From: Lama glama
Lineage: Eukaryota
NCBI GenBank assembly: GCA_028534125.1
Contig: CM052816.1
Span: 87,980,001-88,044,000 of the forward strand
Length of the DNA: 64,000 nucleotides
Reading direction: 5' to 3'
Part shown: positions 13,455 to 26,105 of the stretch, piece by piece
Layout: each line of letters starts with the position of its first letter
How positions within the stretch are numbered: the stretch's first letter is position 1
Notes under the pieces: generated by a model
What the model was told of the DNA's origin: nothing
Seen by the model: the letters and a program-made list of their open reading frames with translations, nothing else
The model's database searches: none
Program-made: the position numbers and the translations under genes

Positions 13455-13566
13455 CAACGATATCTTTAGTCCTCTAATTTCAGGATTTTATTTCTATTCA
13501 GACGCATATAACGCCAATAGTAATGCCTCTTATACTACATGGAATTGATGTCACCCTGTGACAGAC
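13455..13566 (-). other. Candidate 112-nt spliced exon of an unidentified minus-strand transcript
   Basis: On the minus strand there is a long pyrimidine tract (tttctgtatctctttcctactcttccag|G) and a donor TTG|gtgagc. Frame 0 reads VCHRVTSIPCSIRGITIGVICV*, and all three frames contain a stop. Confidence 0.35.
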
Positions 13567-13744
13567 CTGGAAGAGTAGGAAAGAGATACAGAAACATAAC
13601 AAAAAATTATCTACTGGGTATAGAATATTTTTTAGTGCACACTGTGGGAGGGCATTCTTTTGAGGGGCATGAATAGCTCTTGGATTTTTTTCCAACTATG
13701 GCCAATGGAGGCATGGGCCACTGGGCCCTTAGAATAGGAAAGCT

Positions 13745-13885
13745 AAACCTCACTGAGTCCCATGTTCTTATCTGTAAAATATGGATGGTAAGAAGGAGGG
13801 TTTTTTGTAAGCTGTAAGTGTTTAATAATATAAAATTTTCTGAAGAGTGCCCAGAATATAGTCAAATTCAATGAATATTAGCTCA
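13745..13885 (+). mobile_element. MIR SINE
   Basis: acctcactgagtcccatgttcttatctgtaaaatatgg (MIR core) and aagagtgcccagaatatagtcaaattcaatgaatattagct (tail). Confidence 0.6.
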
Positions 13886-14247
13886 TGTATCATACAGCAT
13901 CATTACATATATTAATTAATAAGAGATATTAGGACAATTGGCGTGTCTACTGGGTAAAATGTAGCTGAATGTCTCCCTCATTTTGTATACTAAAATACAT
14001 TACAAGAGAGTCAAAGATTAAGAGGAAATGAGAGTACTAAATGAAAACATCAGAAAACAGACACAGCACCCAGGAATCTTCATGAAAAGAATAACAAATT
14101 TGACCACAAAAATTCGAAATTTCTACTGCTATCATTCTTCCTAAACTAATCAGAACACATGCGAGCCTGGAAATAATGCCCACAGCACATCTGGCCGACA
14201 CTGTGTAGTACATAAAAGCTCTAAAATTTAAACAAAGAAAGATATGT

Positions 14248-14706
14248 TGTCCTGGGGTGGGCTGAATTGTGTCCCCCTTCAAAAAAAGTTATATTGAAGT
14301 CCCTTCGCACTTCAGAATGTGACCTTCTTTGGAAATAGTCTTCACATAAGCAATCAAGATAACATGCAGTCGTTAGAATGGGTCTTAATCCAATGTGGCT
14401 GATGTCCTTACAGAAAAAAGAAAGAAAAGAAAAGAAAAAGCTGGGGGAAATGTGGACATAGAGACAGACACATACAGAGGAAAAAGGATCTGAAGCCACA
14501 GGGAGAAGTCATCTGTAAACCAAGGAGCTCCTGTGGTGACCAGAAGCTAAGAAAGAGGCATAGAATACATTCTCTCTCCTAATCCTCAGAAGCAATCAAC
14601 ACTGCTGACACCTTCACTTCAGATTTCTAAGCTCCAGAAATGTGAGACAGTAAATTTCTGTTGGTTAAGACACCAGGTTGTAGTAATTTGCCGTTGCAAA
14701 TGAACA
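14248..14706 (+). mobile_element. MaLR solo LTR (MLT1B/C-like)
   Basis: gggctgaattgtgtccccc...agaatgtgaccttctttggaaatag...ccagaagctaag...ctccagaaatgtgagacagtaaatttctgttggttaag, with TG..CA ends and 5-bp flanks tatgt/catgt. Confidence 0.85.
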
Positions 14707-14711
14707 CATGT

Positions 14712-15005
14712 CCCGTTGAAAAATGGACAAAAACAGTAACAATTAATTATAAATAAAAACCAAATGCCTAATAATTAATGGAAGATATGAAACTTCTGTG
14801 CTAATTTATAAAATCAAATATAAACAACTTTACATATTCATCACCTGTTAGTAGATCACTAGCCAAAAATTTGGGAAGTAGAGAAGATTTTAGAGGATAA
14901 AGAGCTACAGGTTCTCATATACTTTGGGGGTGCAAATCAACGTGTTCACTCTGGAGGGTAATTTGGCGATGTCAGTCAATGTTCCAAATACATATATTTC
15001 TGGAC
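14712..15005 (+). mobile_element. Old L1 (L1ME-like) ORF2 3' remnant, interrupted by the MLT1
   Basis: cccgttgaaaaatggacaaaa...ctcatatactttgggggtgcaaat...cactctggagggtaatttggc. Confidence 0.55.
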
Positions 15006-16888
15006 CTGGTAGGATAAATGCTGGTCCTAAAGACTTCCAAGATACACTATCCTTCCCTGATCATAATAAAGCTAACTTTCAAGTTTCTTTCCTTCCTTTC
15101 TTGCTCCCTCTCACCCTTTCTTCCTCCAAATGAAGCAGTAACCCTTTCCAAGCACACACTTTGCAAAGACTGGGTAACATGAAATTGAACATTCCCCAGA
15201 CTTAGATGGAAAATCATTTAAGATGCTGCTAATTTTTATAGGATCTAATTCAAACATCCAGAAAGAAACTGGCAATAGTTATTTAATAGCCAAACTTTTA
15301 AAATGTATTTTGCTAATATATTGACAAAGATAACGGACAAATGTCTATTTCACCTGCTTTTCCCAGTATAATGCAGGTGCCATATCTGTTTACTTGCAGG
15401 GTTTCTGGGGCTCATTGATTAGCTTCTCCACCTATAGAGCTGGAGGTTTGCATTCAATTTTCTCATAATATTCCATTGTGAGTTCACCTCAAGTTCGACC
15501 TCACCAGGGACTGTTTCTTTGCCTTGTTTCAATGAATGTTACCCTTACAAATCCATTATTGATTTTTCTTCCAAACCATAATGATGCAAAGTGCAATAGC
15601 TTGACAAATTTATGTTTATTGCCCAAAATCTGACAAGCAAGTGTGGCTTCCTTCACTAACATAGTACCATTATTTCATATACTGATGTTGCATTTGGATA
15701 AACATTCAACCCGAAATAGTGTTATATGAAATATACTGAGAATATTACCTTATGATTAAAAGAGAAAAGGAAATACTATGTTATTACTACTGCCTTCTAT
15801 GCATAACCTTCAACTCAGAATCAGTGACTTTGGAAACTTAGAATTACGCTGATTTTTTAACAGATGCATTAACCTGTAAAGAAATCTAGTTTCTGGATTT
15901 TATTAATTGTTTAATAAACAATAAACAATTAACTGTACAAGAAGTGATAAGGACTCTGCTGGCAGTAAAGACAGAATGCAATGCAATTTATGAAATAAAA
16001 GAAGAGCTCAGTACCTGTCCAAGTCAATATTCGTCTCCATGTTCACACCAGAAAAAAAAGGGCAATTTATCATTTGAGAAAATCTGGGCAGAAGAGCAGC
16101 TGCATAGGTGCTAAAATCCACACCCCGACCCCCGCATCATTTCAGATTGTTAGCTGTAAGAATGAAAGCTCCCTGTATCAGCTCCTAAAGTTCAGTGTTA
16201 ACGTATTTTTCACCTGTTTTAAGAGCGTGACAACTTTTAAGAGAAAGAGACAGGGTGAAAGAAGAAAAAGAATGATATGAGAAAAAGAAGAAGAGAAATA
16301 TTGTTAGATCTGCTTCTTTGAGACCAGATACATCAAGATCCAAGATTAGAAGCTGTCATGGAATTATGGCTTTTGTTTTTTTCCTTCTCTGTCACCCATC
16401 TGCTGCCTCTAAGTGCTGAAAGTCAGAGCAGGCAACTGCTGAAATACTGTATTCATTAATCATAAGACTAGGGAACAAGCATAAATCACACTGGGGACAT
16501 GACTTCAGAGCCTCTAATGATGTAGGTCAGTGTAGATTAATGTCTAGTCCTCACTCTGGGATGTGGTGTGTTTCCTGCCACGTGTTGACAAGTATCTAGT
16601 CTTTCCAAACAATCAAGGAGAATTATTTGAAAGCTTGTACCTCACTTACAAAGAATAAATGTTGCTTAAGGATGGAGGAAGCCCTCTGGGCATCATAACA
16701 TCTTACCTAATACTTCTGGACAGGTCAAAGCTTTTTTTTTTTTTTTTAACCGTTTCATGTATTTGAAAGTGAATTAAACAAACACAATGGTCTTGTTGAC
16801 ATGGAAAGTCTGACACATGTCCAGTTATCAGTGGCTTTAGATACCACTGTATGTCTTGAAAGGTGCTATTCAAAGTATTTTCAGATTT

Positions 16889-16947
16889 TAGGGATCAGCA
16901 AGCTGTAGACTTTTGGCCAAATACTGCTCAAGGCCTGATTTTGTAAA
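16889..16947 (+). mobile_element. MER58-like hAT-Charlie MITE, left part
   Basis: tagggatcagcaa terminal repeat followed by ggccaaat...gcctgattttgtaaat. Confidence 0.65.
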
Positions 16948-18240
16948 TCAATGAAGATAGAATATGCCCTCACACCATACACAAAAATAAACTCAAAATG
17001 GCTTAAAGACTTAAATTTAAGACAAGACACTGTAAACCTCTTAGAAGAAACCATAGGCAAAAAATAATCTGACATAAATCTCAGCAATGTTCTCCTAGGG
17101 CAGTCTACCCAAGCAATAGAAATAAAAGCAAAAATAAATGGGACCTAATTAAACTTATAAGCTTTTAAACAGCAAAAGAAACCATAAGCATAACTAAAAG
17201 GCAACCTACAGAATGGGAGAAAATATTTGCAAAAGATGAGACTGACAAGGGCTTAAACTCTAGAATATATAAATAGCTCATACAACTTAATGAGAAAAAG
17301 CAAAAACCCCAATCCAAAAATGGGCAGAAGACTTAAGCAATTCTCCAATGAAGACATACAAATAGCCAATAGGCACATGAAAAAAATGCTCAATATTGCT
17401 AACTATCAGGGAAATGCAAATCAAAACTACAATGAGGTATCACCTCACACCAACCAGAATGGCCATCATTCAAAAGTCCATGAATGATAAATGCTGGAGA
17501 GGTGTGAAGAAAATGGAACCCTCCTACATTGTTGAAGGGAATGTACTTTGGTAGAACCGTTATGGAAACTGTATGGAGAGTCCTGAAAAAACTAAAAATA
17601 GACTTACCATATAATCCAACAATCCCACTCCTGGGCATATATCCAGAGGGAACTTTAATTCAAAAAGATACACATACCCTAATGTTCATATTTACAGCAC
17701 TATTTACAATAGCCAAGACATAGAAAAAACCTAAATGTCCATTGACAGATGACTGGATAAAGAAGCTATGGTATATTACACAATGGAATACTACTCAGCC
17801 ATAAAAATAATAAAATAATGCCATTTGCAGCAACATGGATGTCCCTGGAGAATGTCATTCTAAGTGAAGTAAGCCAGAAAGAGAAACATAAATGCCATAT
17901 GATATCACTTATATGAGGAATCTAAAAAAAAAAAAAGGTGAACAAACTTATTTATAAAACAGAAACAGACTCACAGATGTAGAAAACAAACTTATGGTTA
18001 CCGGGGGGAAGTGTGAAAGGATAAATTGGGAGTTCTAGATTTGCAGATACTAATATACATAAAATAGATAAACAACAAGTTTATACTGTATAGCGCAGGA
18101 AACTATATTCAATATCTTGTAGTAACCTATGGTGAAAAAGAATATGAAAATAAACATGTATATGTTCCTATATGACTGAAGTATTGTACTGTACACCAGA
18201 AATTGATACAACATTGTAAACTGACTATAGTTCAACTAAA
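16948..18240 (+). mobile_element. 5'-truncated L1 (end of ORF2 plus 3'UTR), lineage-specific camelid-type tail
   Basis: ORF 17529..17723 includes METVWRVLKKLKIDLPYNPTIPLLGIYP (L1 ORF2p C-terminus). The 3'UTR ends ...cattgtaaactgactatagttcaactaaa. Confidence 0.92.
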
Positions 18241-18417
18241 GTATTTTAAAAAATACACGTATAGTCCTGTTGGGCACACCCATCTGGTGACATGTCATTG
18301 ATGACTTCTTTTGGGCTACAATGGCATTGTTGAGGACTTATGACTAAGACCTTAAGACCCATAAAGTCTAAAATAATTCTTATCTGGTCCTTTAAAGAAA
18401 ATATCTGCCAGTCCCTA
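18241..18417 (+). mobile_element. MER58-like hAT-Charlie MITE, right part
   Basis: gctacaatggca...cccataaagtctaaaataattcttatctggtcctttaaagaaaatatctgccagtcccta; the end is an inverted repeat of the left terminus. Confidence 0.7.
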
Positions 18418-20536
18418 AATTATACCATTAATAGAAACCTGTCTGATACATGGACCCTAGTTTCCTCATCTATAACTTATAGAATTACATTGTTTGTATG
18501 GAATTTTTTGGAATTAATAGTGTACTACTTCCTTTGATTTATGAGATTAAAAAGAAGCTGCACAAGTGTTTTTTTTCATATATGTATTTCTTTCCAGGCC
18601 TCACTGGAATAAATATTTGTATGCTGAAGAAATGAGCAAAAAATCCAGGTGTTAATATGAGTAATTTTTATTTTATTTTTATGCCATATTTTCAAATTGT
18701 TGTACAGAGGGCATATCTGATTTTCATAATTAAATACCAGTAACTTTTTATTATAACACAGTGAATGATATAATTTGGAAATAATACTCTGTAATAAAAC
18801 ACTATTGCAAAAGAGATCAAGAATAAACTTCATATGACACAGCTGGTACCTGGGTAAATAATACTTATCTTTCAACTGGCTAAATAATTGAGTTATAAAT
18901 AAAATATATTTCAATAAGTGAAATTATAAAGTAGGTCCCAGAAGAAGAAAAATCATTCACGACCTGTGGCATATGAAAGTCAGGAGGGCCATGACATATA
19001 GGGATATTTTCATAAATCAACAGTGTAATACAATATTTTATCATTTAAGTGTATACATGTATATTTAAAGTAGAGTGTGTTTTATAAATAAAAAATACAA
19101 TAATGTGGCATATAGTAGATAAAGAAGCCATAGCAACATGGATAAGACTTTGTAGAGAGTTATATAACAATTTTGAAGACTAGTATTTGAAGCTTTGTAA
19201 TGAGCTATATCAAGAGTTAGAGAAGGACTGGAGATAATTCTAAGGAGAAAACAAAGTCTTGCAAGCCTTGTGTTGTATTCTCAGGATGGTCTGGAACTAT
19301 GGAATGAGAGAAGGTTTGCTGCTTACTGGTTTTCTTTTCCTCTTTTGTTCTTCTTCCTTTTCCTCCACACCCCTACCGTTTTTCTATTTGAAAAATTAAA
19401 ATCCAATCTCGATTCATGGTCCTAAGCAACTTTCTCATTATCCCTCAAATAATTTATAAGAAAAAACTTCTCTAGTATTTCATTTAAGGTTTAGAAATCA
19501 GAAAATCATTTAAAAAACAAAACTGGTCAGTGAATACAAGTTTTTGTTTTTTTTAATTTAAGAAAGACAAAAAACTTTCTTGAGTTTTAGAAATCCAACT
19601 GACAGCTTTGTAGCCGCAATTATTTGTGTCTTGAAATCCATGCTGATATGTAGTTGGACCATCCTGATGGCTTTTATGCCCATCAACACCCTCCAAATTA
19701 AAACCATTCTCCAAAATCTCCTTCCCTCTTTTCCTCCCCTGCCCAAGCTCACCTACCCTTATCCCCTGATGTCCCCTCACTGTCAACAATGATCTGGTAG
19801 TCATTACTTTCCTCCTTATGTCAGTCCTCTTAGAAATACGGTTTGTGCTAATCTCAGCCTCGTTTTCTTCCTAGATTTAGTCTCTCTGGTATTCTGGTAA
19901 CACTCTTTACTCCATTAAGCATTGCTATTATTTAAATCTTTGTGGCTCTTCATAAAGAGTAGCGTGATATCTATTTTTGCAACTCAAGGGCTCTTTTGCT
20001 CTCAGTGCTTCAGATTCCTGTGGGGCACCTGGAAAGGTGCTTTTGAGGCCTAGTCTAGCAAAGTCAGGGCATAGATTCAGACCCCTCTTTTACCCAAGTT
20101 CAATACCTCCAGTAATATTTGAAAGAATATGCTGCCCTTGTGTGTTGAAAGGAAATCATCCATTAACAGCATGCCTATTGATTCTCACTGAATCAAGATA
20201 CACATGGATGAAGCACATGCAGGACTTTCTCCAGCACAGATGATTTCTGTAAAAATTTAAAAAGATGTACTGATGCCTGGATGGTCATGGTGAAACCCTT
20301 AGGCACTAGCAGTAGGAAATCAGTGGGCAGACCCTCAGACATGACCAGAGGTGAGTAGTAAGGTAGATCCTGACCATTATCGTATATTATCATATCATAT
20401 AAAAATCTATTAGCACACATATTGGGACCCTACTTGGCTCATTTTATTTCAAGAAACAAAGGCAATTTCAGGTGCTCTAATTGCTGTCTAAAGTCTTGAG
20501 TGTGAGTCTACCATTTGGTCATCTTGAGGGGTGGGT

Positions 20537-20930
20537 AACAACTTTATTGTGATACAATTTCCATACCACATAAGCCACCCATTTTAACTCTGCTCGTCAG
20601 TGTTTTATTGGTATATTCAAATGGTTATGTAATCATCAGCACAATCTAATTTTAGATTATTTTTGTCTTCCCTAGAAGAAATCGAGACCCATTAGCAATC
20701 AGTCCTCACACTCCACCCCAAGCACCGGACTTTGGCAACCACTAATCTACCCTTGTCTTTATGTATTTCCCTAGTCTGGACATTTCATATAAGTGAAATC
20801 TGTACAATATGTGGTCTTCTATGGCTAGCTTCTTTCTTTAAGCACAGTGTTTTCAATGTTCATCAATGTTGTAGCATGTATCAACACTTTATTTCTTTTC
20901 AGTCCAAATAGCATTCTGTGGCATGGTGTT
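20537..20930 (-). mobile_element. L1MB-like 3' end
   Basis: aactttattgtgatacaatt...ggcaaccactaatctac...ctggacatttcatataagtgaaat...gttcatcaatgttgtagcatgtatca. Confidence 0.8.
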
Positions 20931-21014
20931 GTACAGAAGAGCCAAAGATGGATCCTGTAAATTGGGTCCGAGGTCATGTCATTGCAGAGTGAGACCTATT
21001 AGCTCAGAAGCCCA

Positions 21015-22745
21015 TGTTTATAATAGCTGCTTTGAATCCTTTGTCTTCAAATCCACCATCTAGGCCCCTTCAAAGGCTAATTTCTCTGATTGCTTTTTTC
21101 TCAGCGTAGGGGTCTACATTCCTGTTTCTCTGCATGTCTTGTAACTGTTGGAAACTGGGCTTTATAAATGAGATGTTGTAACAGGAGTGGTTATTGACCC
21201 TTCAGTCCCCTCCCGGGCTGTTGTTCCTGCTGTTGTTTGATCTATCGTTTATTTGTTTAGTGAATTGGGTGAACTTATTTGGAAATGGGAATTACCGCCA
21301 CAACGTGCGGCCCCTGATGGCCCTGTTCATGTTTGTTTTCTCTTGTGGATCTTTTAACTCGTCTGCGTACGGCACTGGTCTTGCACTGGTGAGTGGCTGT
21401 GCTTCTTCCCCTTAGCTGGCTGGATTTTTACCCTCTGCCATTGGGTATCTGTGTGGTGTGACTTGTAGGCTGAGATTACTGAGTAGGGAATTTGCACTTT
21501 TTTGGCTCCATGTTTAGTCGGGAACTGGTACCTGAAAGGTTCCATCTCTGATTACCTCTGAGAAGGCACAGAACTGGGGATACACATATTTTCCAAGACT
21601 GCAAGGCATGAGTATAATGTTTAAGCCTGGCTTCCTAGGAGTTGCTCCTGTGTCAGAGTAGCTTATGGCTCAGTGGTGTTTGGCATGAAGCTGTACTCAG
21701 GCTCCTTGTGTCAGTGGAGCCCTGCCCTCCCCCACCCGTGTTGATGGGTCTGGGAGGACTTTCACACCTGCTTCATCGCCTGCAGTCATCGCTAGTGAGT
21801 GAGTAGAGCTTAGCGTACCTGCACAATCCCCGGAGCTGGCTGATTCCAAAGGGCTCTTCTTGGTCGTCTTCTTACTTGCCGCTCTACCATTTTGCTTGTA
21901 CCATAGATTTACCAAATTCCTTAATGCTCTCCACCAAGATCGCCATTATTTTCAACAGCATTCTTGGACAAAGAGTTCATGTTCTATTTGAAATAAAGTA
22001 CGTCCTCTCAGACAAAGCCGAGGAGCTCTTTGTCCTTTCGGCCTTCCTTTCCCCCTGGGAAGAATACCTGCTACCCTGCAACAGAGCCAGGAGCTGGGAC
22101 CCTCTTCTCCTGCAGTGCCCTCCTCGCGCTGTGGGCAGCCACCGGTGGCGGCGGTGTTGGTAGGAGGTAGCCGCCCCTGGTCTTCTCAGTTTGCCCCTAC
22201 AAATGTGGAAACTTTGCCTTACTAGTGAGCTAGGGTGGGATAATTGGGCCCCCATATTCTCAACCTGGTATGTCTGGAGTAGAGCTTTCACTGTGTGAGA
22301 GGAAGCTGGTGAGAAAGGAAGTCTCATCCTCTCTGCCACACCTGCCGGAAATAACGTTTCTGAAACACAGGACTCGGTAGGAGCGATGTGAAACACTGCA
22401 GCTGACCTTTTCCTCCCAGGGTAAAACCCAAGCTTGAGACTAGGAGCTGGGTGAGGTGGGAGCCTCAACTTCCCGGCTGTGCCTGCCCAAAGCAGAGGGC
22501 ATCTGTGACACAGAGCTGGGACGCGTGCATTTAAAAGCCCGTCGTGGCTCAGTGTCACCAACTCTTTCTGTTCTTGCGAAGATTTAGTAGACTTCCTCGA
22601 AAGACCGTTTCTCCATTTGCCGTATATGTTTAAGACAACTTCCAGCAACTTCAAATGATTGTTTTTAAATAATTTTCTCACTAAAATGGCTATTTTGCTA
22701 TGAAGAGTGTCTACTGAACTCCTCACTGTGTTATTCCAGAAGTAT
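21015..22745 (-). mobile_element. Old L1 5' end (5'UTR and start of ORF1), L1M4-like
   Basis: tttataatagctgctttgaatcctttgtc... through ...aactcctcactgtgttattccagaagt, a typical antisense old L1 5' terminus. Confidence 0.7.
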
Positions 22746-23384
22746 CACACCCTACTATTTAGTTTTGCTCTCAGAATGTACCCATTATAATTTATTTTTT
22801 CCCTTCAGTACTGATTAGCTTCATAAGATTGAGTTCAGGAAGACTACTCAGGGGTGTGATGAAGTTAAACATCATTCAGACAATCTTGGTGGTTTTGCTA
22901 GAACTGGGGTTTAATCCAATCTTGCTCTAAGCTGATTTTCTAAGCAGCTCTCCATCAGTCCCTAGTGGCTGTCTTCCTGTAAGTTTTTTTCAACCTATCA
23001 CAGCTAGAGCATTTTCTCTTATTTTGTTGGCACAGAATTTGAATGCAATATAAAAATCCAAACTGTTTTCCAGCATAAGGTATCCTTCTTCCAGGCATTG
23101 TGAAAGTGGTAATCAAAATGGAGATTCTTAGATTTTCAGCCCTTGAATTATTCCTAATACCGAAGATTTCCGTCATTTACAAAGCAGTCTCTGAATAGAA
23201 CTCTAAATAAGTAATTTTTCTCTCAATCTTGTCCCATCACTTCATGTAAATTTCTCCTGTGTCTGATAGGAAGTAGGTTGTACCATTTTTTAGCCATTAG
23301 CCAAGACTCTAGATAATGAGATCTCAGCCATGTTTATTAGAAAATATTTTTAAAATCTCACTTATTTAATTGTAATTTCTTTTA

Positions 23385-23527
23385 TTAATTTTTTATTGAA
23401 ATGTAGTTAATTTACAATGTTAGTTTCAGGTACACAGCACATTGATTCAGTTATGCATATACATGCATCCGTATGTTTTCTTTTCCATTTTTTGTTATTA
23501 CAAGAAATTGAATATAGTTCCCTGTGA
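23385..23527 (-). mobile_element. Short L1 3'-tail fragment
   Basis: ttttttattgaaatgtagttaatttacaatgttagtttcaggtacacagcac...tgaatatagttccctgtg. Confidence 0.8.
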
Positions 23528-24064
23528 TCACAATTTCTTAATTTATAAAATGGTTTCAGTATCTTAAAAATTGGTTTTCCACTCAAGATTGTTAAACAAA
23601 AATTTCTAAGTAAATATTTGCATCCAGGTGTTGTTTTATGTGGTAAATAGGTGAACTCAATACCTCAAAAATTGTAGTCTTATCCTTGAATAGAATCATG
23701 TAATGATATGATTCAGTTTCATTTCTGGCTGGTAATTTTTGTGTTTGTTTCCAAGGAATGAATAATTGCCTCTTTTTCTTATGTAATAATCATTATTTTA
23801 TCAACACACTTTCCAGTGAAGTGTGAATTTCTCCTCTGTCATTTAAAAACATCACGTAATTCATTGATTTTAATCCATAAATTTCTCCTCCTTGGTGTTA
23901 CACCTCTTGGAATTCTTTCTGCTCCCCAGTCTGGACGGTGCTCCCTGAACCTATATAGAGTTCTCGTCCTAAAATTCCTCTCTGCTATTTTGCTGGAAAT
24001 TTCCTTTGCCTTTCTTCCTGTTAAATATCCTCATTACTGAATCCCATGCTGTCCTCTTCTTTTT

Positions 24065-24505
24065 TAAAAATAAACTTTATTGTTTGAACGCATTTAAATT
24101 TACAGAAAAATTGAAACAACAGGGCAGAGAATTCAGATATACCCAAAACCCACTTACCTCTAAGATTAGATCTTCATTACCATGATGCATTTTTTTACAG
24201 TTAAATAATCAATATTGATACACTATTATTAATGGAAGTCCATACTTTGTTCAGATTTCCTTAGCTCTTATCTAAGTCCTTTTTCTTGGTCCAGAACCCC
24301 ATCCATTACGTTTAGCTGTCATGTTTCCTTAGGCATCTCTTGGCCATAACAACTTTTCAGATTTTGTCTTGTTTTTGATGACATTCGAAGTTTTGAGGAG
24401 TCCTGGTTAGTCATTTTATTGTATATCACTCAACTGGGATTTGTCTAACACTTTTCTCTTGATTAGGCTGTTATTACGGATTTTTCAGAGGAAGACCAAA
24501 GAGTT
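24065..24505 (-). mobile_element. L1MC/L1MD-like 3' end
   Basis: tttaaatttacagaaaaattg...aagtccatactttgttcagatttccttag...tttagctgtcatgtttccttagg...gaggaagaccaaagag. Confidence 0.75.
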
Positions 24506-25920
24506 CTTCCTTTTTCAGAATGTCACATCATGGGTGTTCAAACAATGATGTAGTTAAAATCACACCATTAAAGTAAATGTGTACTCAAATCTCTCTTCTT
24601 ATAGAGAGACAGAGATTGTGTCCCTTGTCATCCATACTGGAAAGATAAACCAAGTTGAGTTTATTTTCCCGACAATACTTTTTCTTAGCTTTTTGGAGAT
24701 ACCAGTATTATCTTATATAGAGTGTATATATACATATACATATATATAGAGAGAGAGACACCCACACATGTACATATACAGTAAAGAGTAAAGGGTCTGG
24801 ACAAGTCAGCAAGGATCAATGAACTCCATAAATCAAGAACATAGAGGAGTGAAAATCACCCTCAGTCTTGTTTGTTTCACTCCTAAGAAACAACAGATTT
24901 GATTTATCATCTCTGCGTCTCTCCTTCTCAGTGTCAAGTTTGTAAAAGAGAAGAGTTGGGGTTAAGGTTTCCCTGTACCAGAGAGAGAGAATAAAATTTC
25001 TTTCGAGCGTGGGCTTACTGGGACCAAGAGACATGTGGTAAGGATGTCTGTTCATCCCCAAGGCGTTCCAAAAACTACTGGTATATACAAACTATATAAG
25101 AAGTACCCTTGAAAAATTACTTCAGAGGCCACAAGCATAGTCACTATTAAAGAGTTACCTGATATCAAGGTAGCCTTAGAATGTTACCCATAATAGAGAA
25201 CTATTTATAATTAACGTCATCTGTCAACCTAATAAGAACTCTTCTAACAAGGACAGCCCCTTTCAGTGTAATTTATATGAAGCAGACGCCTATTAGGGAC
25301 TATTCTTAAAAGCAAACACACCCAAAATTAAATAAAGGTAACTACAGAAACAACAGCCCTTGGGTGTCTCTCACCATTGAAGACACGCTTAACGGAAAAG
25401 CCGTCAGTGGGTATCTCACTTCTCAGTAGCCCCTGCTTTGATATATGACCATTTTAAAAACCTCCCTTCTGCTAAAAGCAACGTCTGGCTCCAGAGACTC
25501 ATCATCATGTTTGGACAGCCTTTGGAAAGCCACTTTGGCTCTACAGAAGTTTAGGAATAATAGACAAATATAAAATTTTAAACACTATGCCCAAACTCCA
25601 GTATATGGAAGAAAACAGGTCTCTGGTGATAACTTTTCTAACAAATACGTCTTCCTTAGAGCTCACGTGTTTCCATAGGGCGCTGATACCTCAGAGCAAG
25701 CCTGCTGTTCTCACCCTTATAACAGCACCATCGACGCTGGGGCAATGGTACCCAGGTTGATGGCTCTGCAAGGTTTTTCCTTGTCATTTCAACTGTATTT
25801 CCTGCCCGGGGGAGTTGTTTCTCTTTCACTTAAGAACCGGAGTCCTTTGATCTCCTTGCATTTCTTCTGTTGTGATACAGCACTTTAAAAGCTCCCCGGC
25901 TGACAACTGTGGCCGGAGGC

Positions 25921-25965
25921 TGGAATCTGCTGGGATCTGCTGGGATCTGCTGGGATCTGCTGGGA
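25921..25965. repeat. Tandem 10-mer (TGGGATCTGC), about 4.5 copies
   Basis: tggaatctgc tgggatctgc tgggatctgc tgggatctgc tggga. Confidence 0.95.
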
Positions 25966-26105
25966 GTGGCATCCTGCACTGAAAGTAGTATCTGTTCCTC
26001 TGTTCCCTGAAGGACTGCAGTGTTACAGAGTTTGGGGATGGGCTGTAGGATCGTAGTGTAATAAAAGGGGTCAAAATTGCATGTGTACATATGTTCTAAT
26101 TGAGT

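Noticed and set aside
21977..22726. 249-aa minus-strand ORF, the longest in the track
   Set aside because: It lies within an old L1 5'UTR with higher GC content (fewer stops), has no recognisable domain and appears to use a non-ATG start.
25921..25965. CRISPR-like or prokaryotic system
   Set aside because: The repeats are contiguous with no spacers, the DNA is clearly mammalian, and there are no cas-like or operon-like ORFs in the window.
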